A stretch of 64,000 nucleotides of DNA from the human T2T-CHM13v2.0 reference genome, Homo sapiens, in NCBI RefSeq assembly GCF_009914755.1, contig NC_060947.1; one strand, written 5' to 3'. Of this stretch, positions 1 through 12,049 are shown piece by piece; position 1 is the stretch's first letter, and each line of letters begins with the position of its first letter. Position numbers and translations under genes: made by a program. The notes below the pieces were generated by a model. It had not been told where the DNA came from, made no database searches, and worked only from the letters and a program-made list of their open reading frames with translations.

Positions 1-969
1 CTATTCCCTAAGCTAACTCTTCTCTGAGATTTTTTCGCTATTTTTCTAGTTGAAGCATTCCTTTGGTGCTTCTTACATCCATATATGACAGCTCCAATAT
101 TCATTGACTTTGTTTGTTCATTTTCTCAGTTTCTGCTTTAGTTTCTTATCGTGTGTACGTAATATATATGTATGTATATATACTTTGCCTTACATTAATT
201 GTAAAGTCATAATTTTTTTGGTGGAGAAAAGGCTATATATTTATAAAGCATCTTCTTAATATATTAAAATTGTGATTATATCTTCTATACTACTTTGTAT
301 CTTATATTACCTTTCCCATCAGAAAAATCCTCACCCAGTTTCTTTCTTTCTCCCCATTTTAGAGGAAACACTTATGTGTACTATTTTTCACTTCATCTTG
401 AAAACAACACTGCCATTACTTTTATCACTTTTTTTCATTACTTTCTCAAACTCCTTAAACCAAGAGTCTTATTTTCCCTACTTAAGTCAGATTTTAAAGA
501 TTTTAAAATACTCTGCAAAATTCTAAATTATGATGCAATTCAATTAATGTGATGTTTTAGAATACAGAGCTATTACATGTTTAAGCTCATTGTCTGTTTT
601 CCTTAATTTTTGGCTTCCATGTTTTTTATCTTTACTTTAAAGATAGATTCCAATTTTCTAATACCCATACTTTTTATAACATCTTACAAAACTTTACAAT
701 ATTTCTTTTAAAATTCAAGATTTCAGAAAAGGTTTAAGATACTTTCTTTTAACATTTTTGAGCAGAATGTATTTTGAATATTCTAAATTTCTAGGATTTG
801 GTTTATAGGTTCCACTTTAATGCTGCTTTTTAAAATCAATAAATTGCAATGTCTTCAAAAGCATGCATAAGCGAAAAAAATCAGATTGTCCTTAGAATTA
901 TATCTGTCTTTTCTTGTTCATAATTTTTATTTTTACACATTCAAAACTAAGACAACATGCTATTAATAC

Positions 970-1072
970 CCCAGGATCTGGGAGAAATAACAAAAATATA
1001 GCCATGCAATATTTGATTATCTTGACTGCATTATCCCTAAGTTGTTTTTTGCTAACACCATAACCTCTAAAT
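970..1072 (-). pseudogene. Candidate exon (103 nt) of putative decayed minus-strand gene
   Basis: Acceptor caactttccag|A, donor GGG|gtatta; open frame FRGYGVSKKQLRDNAVKIIKYCMAIFLLFLPDPG (phase 2 to 0); non-repeat context. Confidence 0.25.
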
Positions 1073-1489
1073 CTGGAAAGTTGTACAGGCACCCCAACTG
1101 GGCTGTTATTTACTGCCCTCTCTTACCTCTAAACTATTATAATAGCCACAATAAAATAGGCTTTGCTAGAACTAACACATATGCCAAAAGGGTTTGGGCT
1201 TATGAAATTCACATATTGTTCTCCATTTGCTCAATATAGGACTTTCAAATTGGGAGAACTAACATGTTTAATAGTTTTTCTGTTTCATATCACCACAGTA
1301 TATAAGAAAAATATTGGATGAACAAAATGCAATTTTATCATTTTAGAAGAAATTACACATTCAATAAATATGACTGGATAATTTCTGTGGCTTCAGGCAA
1401 AAAGTATGTACACAACATGAATCAAACTGACCAAAACTGAAGCAGAATTTGCCTTTCAACATTATTTGGTAAAGCAATGAAGAATCTAC

Positions 1490-1547
1490 CTTTTAGTTGC
1501 ATTTGGTGGTTCAGCTTGGGGGCCAGGAAAATACTTGTTTGTAGCCT
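1490..1547 (-). pseudogene. Candidate exon (58 nt)
   Basis: Weak acceptor aattattag|, donor AAG|gtagat; open in two frames (e.g. ATNKYFPGPQAEPPNATK). Confidence 0.2.
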
Positions 1548-1824
1548 CTAATAATTTTTAAATTTTTTTATGTAATACCTGATTTGAACAAAATATATAT
1601 ACACTGTAAAGAATAATAATTTTACAAACACCTCCCAATCCACCAACCAATAAAACGACTAAGACATTACCAATATTGTTGCATCTATCTGTATGCTCTT
1701 TTCCTATTCCATTGTCTTGCATCTACCCTCCACATTCACTGCCAGGCTATAACCACTGCCATCAATCTTGCATTTATTATCTCTACCCTTTTAATACACT
1801 TTATTATACATGTATATGTCCCAT

Positions 1825-2419
1825 TGTTGCTGGTGGGCCCATTCAGGTTCTTGACTTCACCACACAAAAAAACTTGAGAGCGAGTCTAAAGCAAAAGTAA
1901 ACAAGATACTTTATTGCAAAGCAAAAGTACACTCTGACAGCTGATCAGAGTAGTCTGCTCACAGGTGAAACAGCACCAACTGACACTGGAGAAACTGGCT
2001 TTATGGGAGTCTTACATAATTATTCATGAAGGGGTGGAAAGGGGTGTTGCTCTCATGTATGTTATGGGTTATTTTCTGTAAGCCACATGTGCAAGATTTA
2101 AGATGCTAACGAGACATATAATGCATACAATACAATACATTGTATGTCTCATTAATATCTTAAATCTGCCCCCAGCGGTGTGTCTTTTACTTTATAATGA
2201 GTGTAAGTCAACTCAAGGACACTAATAGTGGGTTTTTCACTTTTGCAAATTGGGGGATTTTCCCTTCTGCTCTTTTACTTTCTTGCTGAAGTATGTTCTA
2301 ACCATGAGCTCAGGATATGATCTGTGCATTGTTTGGATAGTTTGTTCTTTCCATCCATTTGACAAGTTCTTTTGTTTCCTGTCTAGGAAGCCTATGACCA
2401 CCCTATCTAATCTACTTTA
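1825..2419 (-). repeat. 3' LTR of ERV1 provirus
   Basis: Aligns with 9085-9650 (e.g. tttattgcaaagcaaaagtacactct, caactgacactggagaaact); polypurine tract AAAGAGAAAA at 2420-2429 on minus strand. Confidence 0.85.
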
Positions 2420-2582
2420 TTTTCTCTTTCAGAGTCTTTGCGTCCATATTCTTATGGGTTTTTGAAGGGCTAGGTCACTTCTTCTAGAGCAGCTTCATGC
2501 TGAGAGACAGCAGCGTCCCTGCTGAACCAGGGCCTGAAAGTCTCTATCTGATTTAAACATTATTGGTCATATCCTCCAATAC

Positions 2583-2690
2583 GATAGGCTGGAGTTCCTG
2601 CATAACCATCATTTTGATGTGTAACTGTTGCAACCTAAAAGACACAAAGTTTACAAGGGGGTTAAGCAAGTAAGTCCCAAAGATTAATAG
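2583..2690 (-). pseudogene. ERV env TM/cytoplasmic-tail remnant
   Basis: LLIFGTYLLNPLVNFVSFRLQQLHIKMMVMQELQPI resembles gamma-type env C-termini (LLIFGPC..N.LV.FVSSRLQ); lies just upstream of the PPT. Confidence 0.7.
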
Positions 2691-3100
2691 TGACACAATA
2701 TATTGAGCAAAGTGTTTCTTTCCCATCTGGGCTGGCCTATTCCACCCAGTTTTCTTGTGGGAAAAACTATGAGCAAAACAAAGTGTAACATAATTGTACC
2801 AAAATAAAAGATTCACAGATAAAGAACAAAGAAGGCTGTTTAACTCTGATGCTTTCCGTCCTGGTTGCCTGGAAGCTTTAAATCCTCCAGTGCTTCATAT
2901 AAATAGCTTGGAGTCTGCATCAAGGGTTTCTGTGAAGACTCAAATGGAACAATTTCTTTGTTCTTGATAAGTGCACCCAAGGTCCCATACCTCTAAGTTT
3001 TACTGCAGTTGTTTTACTCAGGAGCACCTGATATATACTACTTAATTTAGGTTGAAATGGATTACTTGAGGAACTCTTCTTTTATGTCTTAAGACAGACC

Positions 3101-3181
3101 ATGTGTTTTTTGTTTGTTTGTTTTGTTTTTCTTTGTTTTTTTGGTTTTTGTTTTTGTTTTGTTTTTGTTTTTGTTTTTTTG
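3101..3181. repeat. T-rich (TTTG/TTTTG) low-complexity tract inside the ERV
   Basis: Directly visible simple repeat. Confidence 0.85.
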
Positions 3182-3564
3182 CTTTTACTTGATAGAGGAT
3201 GCTTTCTGCTTTTACTCTGAGGGAATATTTCCCCCTCAGAGTTTGATGCTGGGAGAGCTTGGTTCCCATACCCTTGAAGTGCCTTTTGTACTAGCCCTAA
3301 ATTTACAACTTAGGGGTAGAGTGAAAAATCCTAGTCTGCCATTTGCCATCAACACCAATGATAATGCAGCATTTGGCAGATAGGGATCCAGGATAGAAAG
3401 TGAGAACTGGCAGTCCAGACCCTGTGTCTACAAGGAAATCAATATATTTACCTGACACATCCAGATTTAACTAAGACTCTGTTGCTATGATTGGGACTGA
3501 TTGCCTCATCAGAGCCATTGTCTGCCTTGGGCCCCTTCAGTCTTTCGCCGGGGGCAGCAAGGCA

Positions 3565-3913
3565 TTAGGAGTCCCATCCTCCCCTCAGAGTTGGGGACAG
3601 ACCTTTCTCCATTGCCCTTTTTTTTTTGCCACATTGATGACGGGACCCAGAGGGATTGCAAGCCTGTAGGCCCTTGTTACTCACTTGGCATTCTAGACTC
3701 CAGTGTCTTGACTTTCCACAGGTACAGCAAGGCCCTTGGGGTTTCTCCCAGGATGAGCTGGAGGTGGGAGTTTTTCTCCCATAGCAAGGGCCCAAAATTG
3801 ACCCTCTCTTTAGTCTCTCTCTGCCTTTCTTTGGTTCCTATGTGCCTCTTTTGCCCTGTCTCAGTTACAAAAGCTACATTTAGCAGGTTATATGTGGGGA
3901 TATGGGTACCCAT
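3565..3913 (-). pseudogene. ERV gag C-terminus/nucleocapsid remnant
   Basis: CX2CX4HX4C knuckle CCTCGKSRHWSLEC at 3688-3729, preceded in another frame by LLNVAF.. and a charged segment. Confidence 0.75.
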
Positions 3914-4231
3914 GGTCAGCTTTTGTAATTTTATAAGACCATGGCTATGTTTCCCCAGGTCATTTGAAAAGACATAGACAAGGCCTGGAATTCCTCCATA
4001 TACCTTGGGGGGTCCTCAGAGAATTGTCTTAGCCTTTGTTTGCATTGAGATAAATTTGAAATGTGAAAGGGAGGTGGATTTGAATTATCTCGCCTCTTTA
4101 TTTGCTACTTCCCTGAGGAAAAGTATAGTCTGTCTTTCATTTCAAGTGGGTGATATGATGCTTCACTTCAAGTTGTCCCAATAAGATTGTGCTCCTCACG
4201 AAGTGGAAAACAGACAGGTTGATATGGAGGG

Positions 4232-5334
4232 TGAATTAGTCTGTTTTCATGGTGCTCATAAAGACATACCTGAGACTGGCAGGAAGAAGAGGTTTAATTG
4301 GACCTAAAGTTCCACATGGCTGGAGAGGCTGCAGAATCATGGCGGGAGGCAAAAGGCACTTCTTGCATGCTGGTGGCAAGGAAAATCAGGAAGAAGCAAG
4401 TGTAAACCCCTCATAAATTGATCAGATCTCATGAGACTTATTCACTATCACAAAGAATAATATGGGAAAGACTGGGCCCCATGATTCAATTACCTCCCCC
4501 TGGGCTCCTCCCACAACACAGGGGAATTCTGGGAGATACAATTCAAGTTGAGATTTGGCTGGCAACACAGCCAAACCATATTATTCTTCCCTGGCCCCTC
4601 CACATCTCATGTTCTCACATTTCAAAACCAATCATGTCTTCCCAAAAGTCCCCCAAAGTCTTATGTCAGCATTAACCCAAAGTCCACAGTCCAAAGTCTC
4701 ATCTGAGACAAGTCAACTCCCTTCTGCCTATGAGCCTGTAAAAAGCAAGCTAGTTACTACCTAGATACAATGGAGGTACAGGTATTGGGTAAATACAGCC
4801 ATTCCAAATGGGATTGGCCAAAACAAAGGGGTTACAGAGCCTATGCAGTCTGAAATACAGTGGGGCAGTAAATTTTAAAGCTTCAAAATGATCTACTTTG
4901 GCTGCAAGTCTCACATCCAGGTCACACTTTAAGGTTCCCATAGTCTTGAGCAGTTCCACCCCTGTGGCTTTTCAGGGCATAGCCCCCTTCCTGGCTGCTG
5001 TCACAGGCTGGCATTGAGTGTCTGTGGCTTTTCCAGGCACATGGTGCAAGCTGTAAGTGGATCTACTATTCTGGGGTCTGGAGGACGGTGGCCCTCTTCT
5101 CACAGCTCCACTAGATGGTGCCCAAGTAGGGACTCTGTGTGGGGGCTCCAACCCCACATTTCCCGTCCACACTGCTCTAGCAGGGACTCTCCATGAGGGC
5201 CTGCCCCTGCAGCAAACTTCTACCTGGGCATCCAGGCATTTCTGTACATCTTCTGAAATCTAGGTGGAGGTTTCCAAACCTGGGAGATACAATTCAAGTT
5301 GAAATTTGAGTGGGGACACAACAAAATCATGTCG
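4232..5334 (-). mobile_element. THE1A element with internal deletion (3' LTR 4232-4583, internal 4584-5280, 54-bp stub of 5' LTR)
   Basis: THE1A-type motif ctgggagatacaattcaagttgag; 5-bp TSD gaggg (4227-4231)/ggggg (5335-5339). Confidence 0.85.
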
Positions 5335-6165
5335 GGGGGCGGGTAGTAGAAGACTGTTAAGTCTAGTGGGGAAAGATCACTAGGAGAAATATAAGAGGTT
5401 TTAGAGATAATCCTTGAACTAGATTTTAAGAAAGGATAGCTGTTGGTGGGAGGCACATTTCCTAATACAGAGTCATTAATTATGTTAGGTTCCCCAAACC
5501 CTTTTTATAAACATGAGCATAACATATTCGGCATTGGTCTTAAAGAGTATTATCTGAATATAGAGCCATTTTACTGGGGGAGGAATGTCACATTTCCGTG
5601 AGACCTTGGGGAATTTCCGACCATAATTACAAGATAGTATTGTTCTCGGCCATGCTGTGTTGCAAAGAAATATGAGTTTCTTTTTAACTCATTTAATTTA
5701 AAATAAGCCCAATTCTGGTGAATATATCCTAGAGGGGAGTTATCAAGGATAGAGTTCTGTTTTCCTATCCTGGTGGTTGTTATTGGACTGTCTTACACCA
5801 TGAAAACAAAAGAAAGACAGAAAGACTAGTTACTGGGTGTGGCTCTAATTCATTTCCTTTTTTCTTGAGCAAGATGCTAGTACATGATTTAAATGTCCCA
5901 TCCATAATCATCTCCAAAGGGCTAGAGCATCAAGACTCTAGTATGGATATCCCCTGCTGTCTCTTGTGCTTCTCTAGATCCAGGCATCTGTGGTGTCAAA
6001 CATACCTCCATGATCGGCTAACAGTATCTTTATTTGTTTCCTCCATTCCTGAGTGAGGGACCATTCGGTGGTCAAATGTATAAATTAATCCTCATCATCT
6101 AAGCTATGGAACTTCCCTTTCTGATGAGGTTTTGACAGTTTACTCTTGTATACTTGATGCCACAT

Positions 6166-8444
6166 TGATATGGTTTGGCTCTGTGTCCCCACACAAATCT
6201 CATCTTATAGTTCCCATAATTTCCAGATGTTATGGTAGGAACTAGGTGAGAGATAATTGAATCATGAGGGTGGGTCTTTCCCATGCTGTCTTTGTGATAG
6301 TGAATAAGTCTCATGATATCTGAGGGTTTAAAAAATGGGAGTTTCCCTGCACAATCTCTTTTTGCCTACCACCATCTATGTAAGAAGTGACTTGCTTCTT
6401 CTTGCCTTCTGCCATGATTGTGAGGACTCCCCAGCCATGTGAAACTGTAAGTCCATTAAACCTCTTTTTCTTCCCAGTCTCAGCTATGTCTTTATCTGCA
6501 GCGTGAAAACTAATACAGTAAACTGGTACCAGTAGAGTGGGGTGCTGCTGAAAAGATACCTGAAAATCTGGAAGCAACTTTGGAACTGGGTAACAGGTAG
6601 AGGTTGGAACAGTTTGGAGGGCTCAGAAGAAGACAGGAAAATGTGCAAAAGTTTGGAACCCCCTAGAGGCTTGTTAAATGCGTTTGCCCAAAATGCTGAT
6701 AGTGGTATGGACAATAAAGTCCAGGTTGAGATGGTCTCAGATGAATATGAGGAACTCATTGGGAACTTGAGCAAAAGTGACTCTTCTTATGTTTTAGCAA
6801 AGAGGCTGGTGGCATTTTTCCTCTGCCCTAGATATTTGTGGAACTTCAAATTTGAGAGAGATGATTTAAGGTATCTGGCAGAAGAAATTTCTAAGCAGCG
6901 AAACGTTCAAGAGGACTCAGGTGCTGTTAAAAGCATTCAGTTTTATAAGGGAAGCAAAGCATAAAAGTTCAGAAAATTTGCAGCCTGACAATGCAGTAGA
7001 AAAGAAAATCCCATTTTCTGAGGAGAAATTCAAGCTGGCTGCATAAATTTGCATAAGCAATGAGGAGCTGAATGTTAATCATTAAGACAATAGGGAAAAT
7101 GTCTCCAGGTTATGTCAAAGGTGTTCACGGCAGCCTGTCACAGGCATGGAAGCTCCGGAGGAAAAAGTGTTTTCATAGGCCCGGCCTAGGGTCCCCATGC
7201 TGTGTGCAGTCTAGGGACTTGGTTCCCTGTGTCCCAGCTTCTCCAACCATGATTAAAAGATACCAAGGTACAGCTTGGACTGTTGCTTCAGAGGGTGGAA
7301 GCCCTAAGCCTTGGCAGCTTACACATGGTGTTGAGCCTTCAAGTGCACAGAAGTCAAGAATTGGGGTTTGGCAACCTCCGCCTAGATTTCTGAAGATGTA
7401 TGGAAACGCCTGGATGCCCAGGTAGAAGTTTGCTGCAGGGGCTGTGCCCATATGGAGAAACTCTGCTAGGGCAGTGTGGAAGGGAAATGTGGGGTCAATG
7501 CCCCCACACAGAATCCCTACTGGGGGACCACCTAGTGAAGCTGTGAGAAGAGGGTCATTGTCTTCCAGACCCCAAAATGGTAGATCCACTAACAGTTTTC
7601 ACCATGTGCCTAGAAAAGCTGCAGTCACTCAATCCCATCCTGTGAAGGCAGCTGGAAGGGAGCCTCTACCCTGCAAAGCCAGAAGAGCAGAGCTGCCCAA
7701 GACCATGGGAACACACCTCTTGCATCAGCATGACCCGGATGCAAGACCTGAAGTAAAAGGAGATTATTTTGGAGCTTTAAGATTTGACTGCCCCACTGGA
7801 TTTTGGAATTGCATGAAGCCTGTAGCCCCTTTGTTTTGGCCAATCTCTCCCATTTGTAATGGCTGTATTTACTCAATGTCTGTACCCTCATTGTATCTAG
7901 GAAGGAACTAACTTGCTTTTGATTTTACAGGCTCATAGGTGGAAGGGAGTTGCCTTGTCTCAGATGAGACTTTGGACCATGAACTTTTGAGTTAATGCTG
8001 GAATGGTTTAAGACTTGGGGACTGTTGGGAAGGCAGGATTGGTTTTGAAATATGAAGACATGAGATTTGGGAGGGGCCAGGCATGGAACGATATGGTTTG
8101 GCTCTGTATATTCACCCAAATCTCATCTTGTAGCTCCTGTAATTCCCACGTTATTGGAGGGACCAGTGGGAGACAATTGAATCACGGTGGCGGGTCTTTC
8201 CTGTGCTGTTCTCATGATAGTGAATAAGTGTCATGAGAGCTGATGGTTTTGAAATGGGAGTTCCCCTGCACAAGCTCTCTCTTTTTGCCTGCCACCATCC
8301 ATGTAAGATGTGACTTGCTTCTCCTTGCCTTCTGCCTTGATTGTGAGGCCTCCCCAGCCATGTGGAACTGTAAGTCCATTAAACCTCTTTTTCTTCCCAG
8401 TCTCAGGTATGTCTTTATCCACAGCATGAAAACGGACTAATACA
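6166..8444 (+). mobile_element. Full-length THE1B-type MaLR (LTRs 6166-6517 and 8089-8444)
   Basis: TGATATGGTTTGGC...TAATACA LTRs, ~1.57-kb internal region with degenerate MaLR ORF (6542-6964), TSD cacat/cccat. Confidence 0.92.
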
Positions 8445-9061
8445 CCCATAAAGAGGGGGCCAATTCCAAGGTGTATTGCCCTTGACTGCATATCCTTATG
8501 ATACCATGATCTTTTAATGTCCTATTTTCCCCTCTCACAGATTATTTGCAAGACTCGAACAGTAGTACAACTCACTATACTGGGATAATTGCCAGGTTTA
8601 AAAACTTATTTCCTCTGCCTCCAGTAATCAGAAACTAAAATTATTATTTTTTTCTCTATTCAGTCATGGCCTATTTTGACGAAGACGTTTTCTATTTGTT
8701 CAAACTTATCTTTAAAACGTGACAAAGGCATCTAATTAGGGACACAAAAAGGTTGAAATCTCCAACATTAGGTTCTTTAATTTGGTAGTGATAGGGGTTT
8801 TTATGTAATCTAATATGGTCCTGAAAGACAATACATTTGTCAGAGCTTACTCGAGAAGCCAATCAGGAGATCAAAGAACAAAATTTATTGCCCTACCAAT
8901 AAGGGATTAAAGTACAAAAGTAACAGTTGTTAGCAGCTATTGAAGCTAAGCAAGGATATGAAGAGGGCATTATGAAGGGATGAAAAAATAGATTCAAGGA
9001 AGGTAGAAGAGCCTCCAGTGAGGCTTGCCTTAGCTGGTGACCAGCTTCAATTTTCTTGCCA

Positions 9062-9079
9062 GTCCTGCCACTATCACCA
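9062..9079 (-). promoter_or_regulatory. Degenerate primer-binding site of the ERV1 provirus
   Basis: TGGTGATAGTGGCAGGAC, 5 nt downstream of the 5' LTR; resembles the complement of tRNA-Ser or tRNA-Leu 3' ends. Confidence 0.6.
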
Positions 9080-9084
9080 CTTCC

Positions 9085-9650
9085 TGTTGCCAGTTGCCTA
9101 GTTCAGGTTCACTGCACAAAAGAATTTGAAAGTGAGTCAAAGTAAAAGTAAGCAAGAGAGTTTATTGCAAAGCAAAAGTACACTCTCACATCTGATCAGA
9201 GTGGGTTGATCCAAGGTGAGACAGCAACAACTGACACTGGAGAAACTCCCTTTATGAGAGTCCTACCTGATTATTCGTGAAATGGTGGGAAGAGGTGTTG
9301 CTGTTAAGTATGTTATGGGTGGTTTTCTGGCAGTGCATGCGCTGCGATTGTACATGCTAGTACATACATACCATGTCTCATTAGCATCTTAAATCTTCAC
9401 CCAGAGATGTGTTTTTTTACTATTAATGAGCATAGGTCTGCCCAAGGACACTAATCATGGGTTTTTGCACTTGCAAAACTTTGGGGATTTTCCCTTCCTC
9501 TCTTTCACCTTCTTGCTTCAGGATGTTCTAACCATTGGTTCAGCATGTGGCCTATGTACTGTTGGATGGTTTGTTTTATCAGTTTGACAATTTTGTTTTG
9601 TTTTGTTTTCTGTCAAGGGAGACTGTGTCCACCCTATCTCACATACCTCA
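9085..9650 (-). repeat. 5' LTR of ERV1 provirus
   Basis: Begins TGAGG and ends CA on minus strand; partner of 1825-2419. Confidence 0.85.
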
Positions 9651-9966
9651 CCTTTATCATGTATTGTTTATCTTGGCTTATTTTTAAGCATTATAAAAAT
9701 AGCATTATATTGCATGCTGTCTTCTACAACTTATTTACATAAAATATGGTGTTATGAATAATAAAAAAGTTGTTCATTATTTAAGGCTATTCATTTTCAC
9801 CACTGTTTCATATTTCATCATGTGAAATATAGGAGACATTATTCATCCATTTTTTTTGTCAGTGAATATTAAGCTTGTTTCCAAATGTTGCCTTTTATAA
9901 ACAATGTCTCCATGAAGATATTTATATATTTATTTTGGTAAATTAGTGCAACATGCTTTTTTAGTA

Positions 9967-10532
9967 CAGTGGTTCTAAAAGTGTGGTCCCTAAACAGACA
10001 GCATCAATATCACCTGGAAGCTTGTTATGAATGCACAATTTGGGGTTCCACCTCTGACCTTCTGAATCACATACTCTAGGGGTGAGATCCAGAAATTTGT
10101 GTTTAACAAGCCCTCTGATATTGTTTGGCTGTATCCCCACCCAAATCTCATTTTGAATTGTAGTTCCTGTAATCCCCATGTGTCATGGGAGGGACCCAGT
10201 GGAAGATAATTGAATCCTGGGGGCAGTTTTCCCCATCCTGTTCTTGTGATAGTAAGTTAGTTCTCACGAGATCTGATGATTTTATAAGGGGCTTTTCCAC
10301 CTTTTGCTCGGCACTTCTTTGCGGCTGCCATGTGAAGATGGACGGGTTTGCTTCCTTTTCTGTCACGCTTGTAAGATTCCTGAGGCCTCCCCAGCACTGC
10401 AAAACTGTGAGTCAGTTAAACCCCTTTCCTTTATAAATTATCCAGTCTCGGGTATTTCTTCATGTCAGCATTAGAACAGACTAATACACCCTCTATTTGA
10501 CACTGCTGCATGCTCATGTTTGAAAACCACCA
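9967..10532 (+). mobile_element. MER5A (hAT-Charlie) interrupted by a THE1C solo LTR
   Basis: cagtggttctaaaagtgtggtccc...gtttgaaaaccac termini match MER5A; the two halves are collinear across the insert. Confidence 0.85.
10116..10488 (+). mobile_element. THE1C solo LTR
   Basis: TGATA..AATACA ends, motif ggggcttttcc..tttgctcggcacttc; perfect TSD ccctc (10111-10115/10489-10493). Confidence 0.9.
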
Positions 10533-10740
10533 CTCCAGCATATAATCCCATTAAAAGAATGTCTGGCTCATAAATTGTCTTTGTATCTTCAAATCCATGA
10601 GATAATGGTAAATTGTTTCCTGAAGAGACTTTACCAGCCAGCAATGTATAAGTTCCACTTTCATTTTACCCATATTCTCATCTGCCCTAAGATTCTTAGT
10701 GAAAAACTTATTTTTCATCCAGTGGGTAAAAAAGTTTCTC

Positions 10741-10824
10741 GTTGCCATCTTAGTTTGCATATCTCTAAATGTGAATGAAGTTGTTGCCATCTTAGCTCGC
10801 ATAGCTCTAAATGTGAATGAGGTT
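10741..10824. repeat. 42-bp tandem duplication
   Basis: Units 10741-10782 and 10783-10824, 38/42 identical. Confidence 0.9.
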
Positions 10825-10826
10825 GA

Positions 10827-10961
10827 TTTTTTTTTTTTTTTTTTTTTTTGAAACGGTCTCATTCTGTTGCTCAGGCTGGAATGCAATGGCACAATCACAG
10901 TTCACTGCAGTTCCAACCTTCCTGGGTTCAAGTAGTCCTTCTGCCTCAGACTCCCAAGTAG
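10827..10961 (-). mobile_element. 5'-truncated AluJ/FLAM-like fragment
   Basis: Poly-T followed by gaaacggtctc..caggctggaatgcaatgg..tgcctcagactcccaagtag. Confidence 0.85.
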
Positions 10962-12049
10962 AGAATCTTTTAACTTTTATGTGTGCCAGTATTTCTGTGA
11001 ATGTTTGTTCATGTATTTTGCCCATACTTGTGGAATTGTTTACTTTTTCTTATTGACTTGTGGGAGTTCTTTGTGTATTTTTGAAATTTTGTTTTGCCAG
11101 TTAGATATGTAGATAATATCTTCTCCCAGTTTAATATGTATTTATTTTTTCTATTTATTCAAAGAGTAATTTGAGGAAGAGAATTTCTTGATTTAAATGT
11201 AGCCATACTTACCATTTTTTCTCATATGATTGGCATATGGAGGGATTAAAAATTCTTTCACTACCATAATGTCATAAAATTATATTCTGATATTGTTTCT
11301 TAAAAGTTTTATATGTTTGCCTTTCATATTTTAGTTTTTAACCCATTGGGGGCTGATTTTTCTGTAAGGCATATAAGAATCTAATTTTATTTTTTAAATA
11401 TGAAAATATATCAACACATTTTATTAAGTGTTTCCTTATCTCTGATAATCTATAATGCCATCCCTACCTCTTCTCAAATTTCCTTATATGTGTGGTAGTC
11501 TGAGCATCACTACTTGAAACCATTGGTCAAATTCCTCCAAAACACACTGTTGGGATTTCTGTTAGAATTATATCAATTCTTTTTTCATAGAAAGACTCCA
11601 GAACACTTGAATTCAGAACAATTCTGCTTGACTTGTATGCTATTGCTACACAATGTTTTTCACCCCAATAACAAATTGTAGTTATTTTGCACTTACACCT
11701 ACAATGTTTATGTTTACCTATCTCTTTATTCACCATGGCTTTTAACATCTCAGCTCTTCTTTGTGAGGTCATTTCTTACTTGAATTATATCACTTAGAAG
11801 TTTCTTTAGTGAAGATTTGTTTGTAGCAAACACTTTTAGTATTTGTCAATATAACTTGATCTTTATTCTACTTTCTTGAAGATCATCTATTCTGCTATAG
11901 GTCTCTCAGTGAACATTTATTCTTATTATTTTGAAATGGTTGCTGCATGTTTTTTGTTGTTGTCTTGATTGCCACTGTTTAAGTCTGCCTTTAGTTTTAT
12001 AGTTATTTGTAGGTGATCTGTTCTTCCTCTTTACCTGTTTTCTAAGCTT

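Larger units (their letters stand above)
1825..9650 (-). mobile_element. ERV1-class (MER4-group-like) defective provirus with both LTRs
   Basis: Related ~570-595 bp LTRs at 1825-2419 and 9085-9650 with TG..CA-type ends; 4-bp TSD ccat (1821-1824)/cctt (9651-9654); PBS, PPT, gag zinc knuckle and env tail remnants; no recognisable pol. Confidence 0.85.
1560..11520 (-). mobile_element. Ancient L1ME-type 3' region, split by the ERV1 provirus, MER5A/THE1C and an Alu fragment
   Basis: Degenerate L1M 3'-end sequence at ~1560-1824 resumes collinearly at 9651, 10533 and 10962; boundaries approximate. Confidence 0.55.

Noticed and set aside
3042-3383. K/Q/N-rich and F/V/L-rich ORFs (apparent basic or membrane peptides)
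   Set aside because: Translations of the T-rich simple repeat at 3101-3181
6542-7911. ORFs of 117-155 aa as host genes
   Set aside because: They lie in THE1 internal sequence and match the paralogous remnant at 58302-58787; degenerate MaLR ORF
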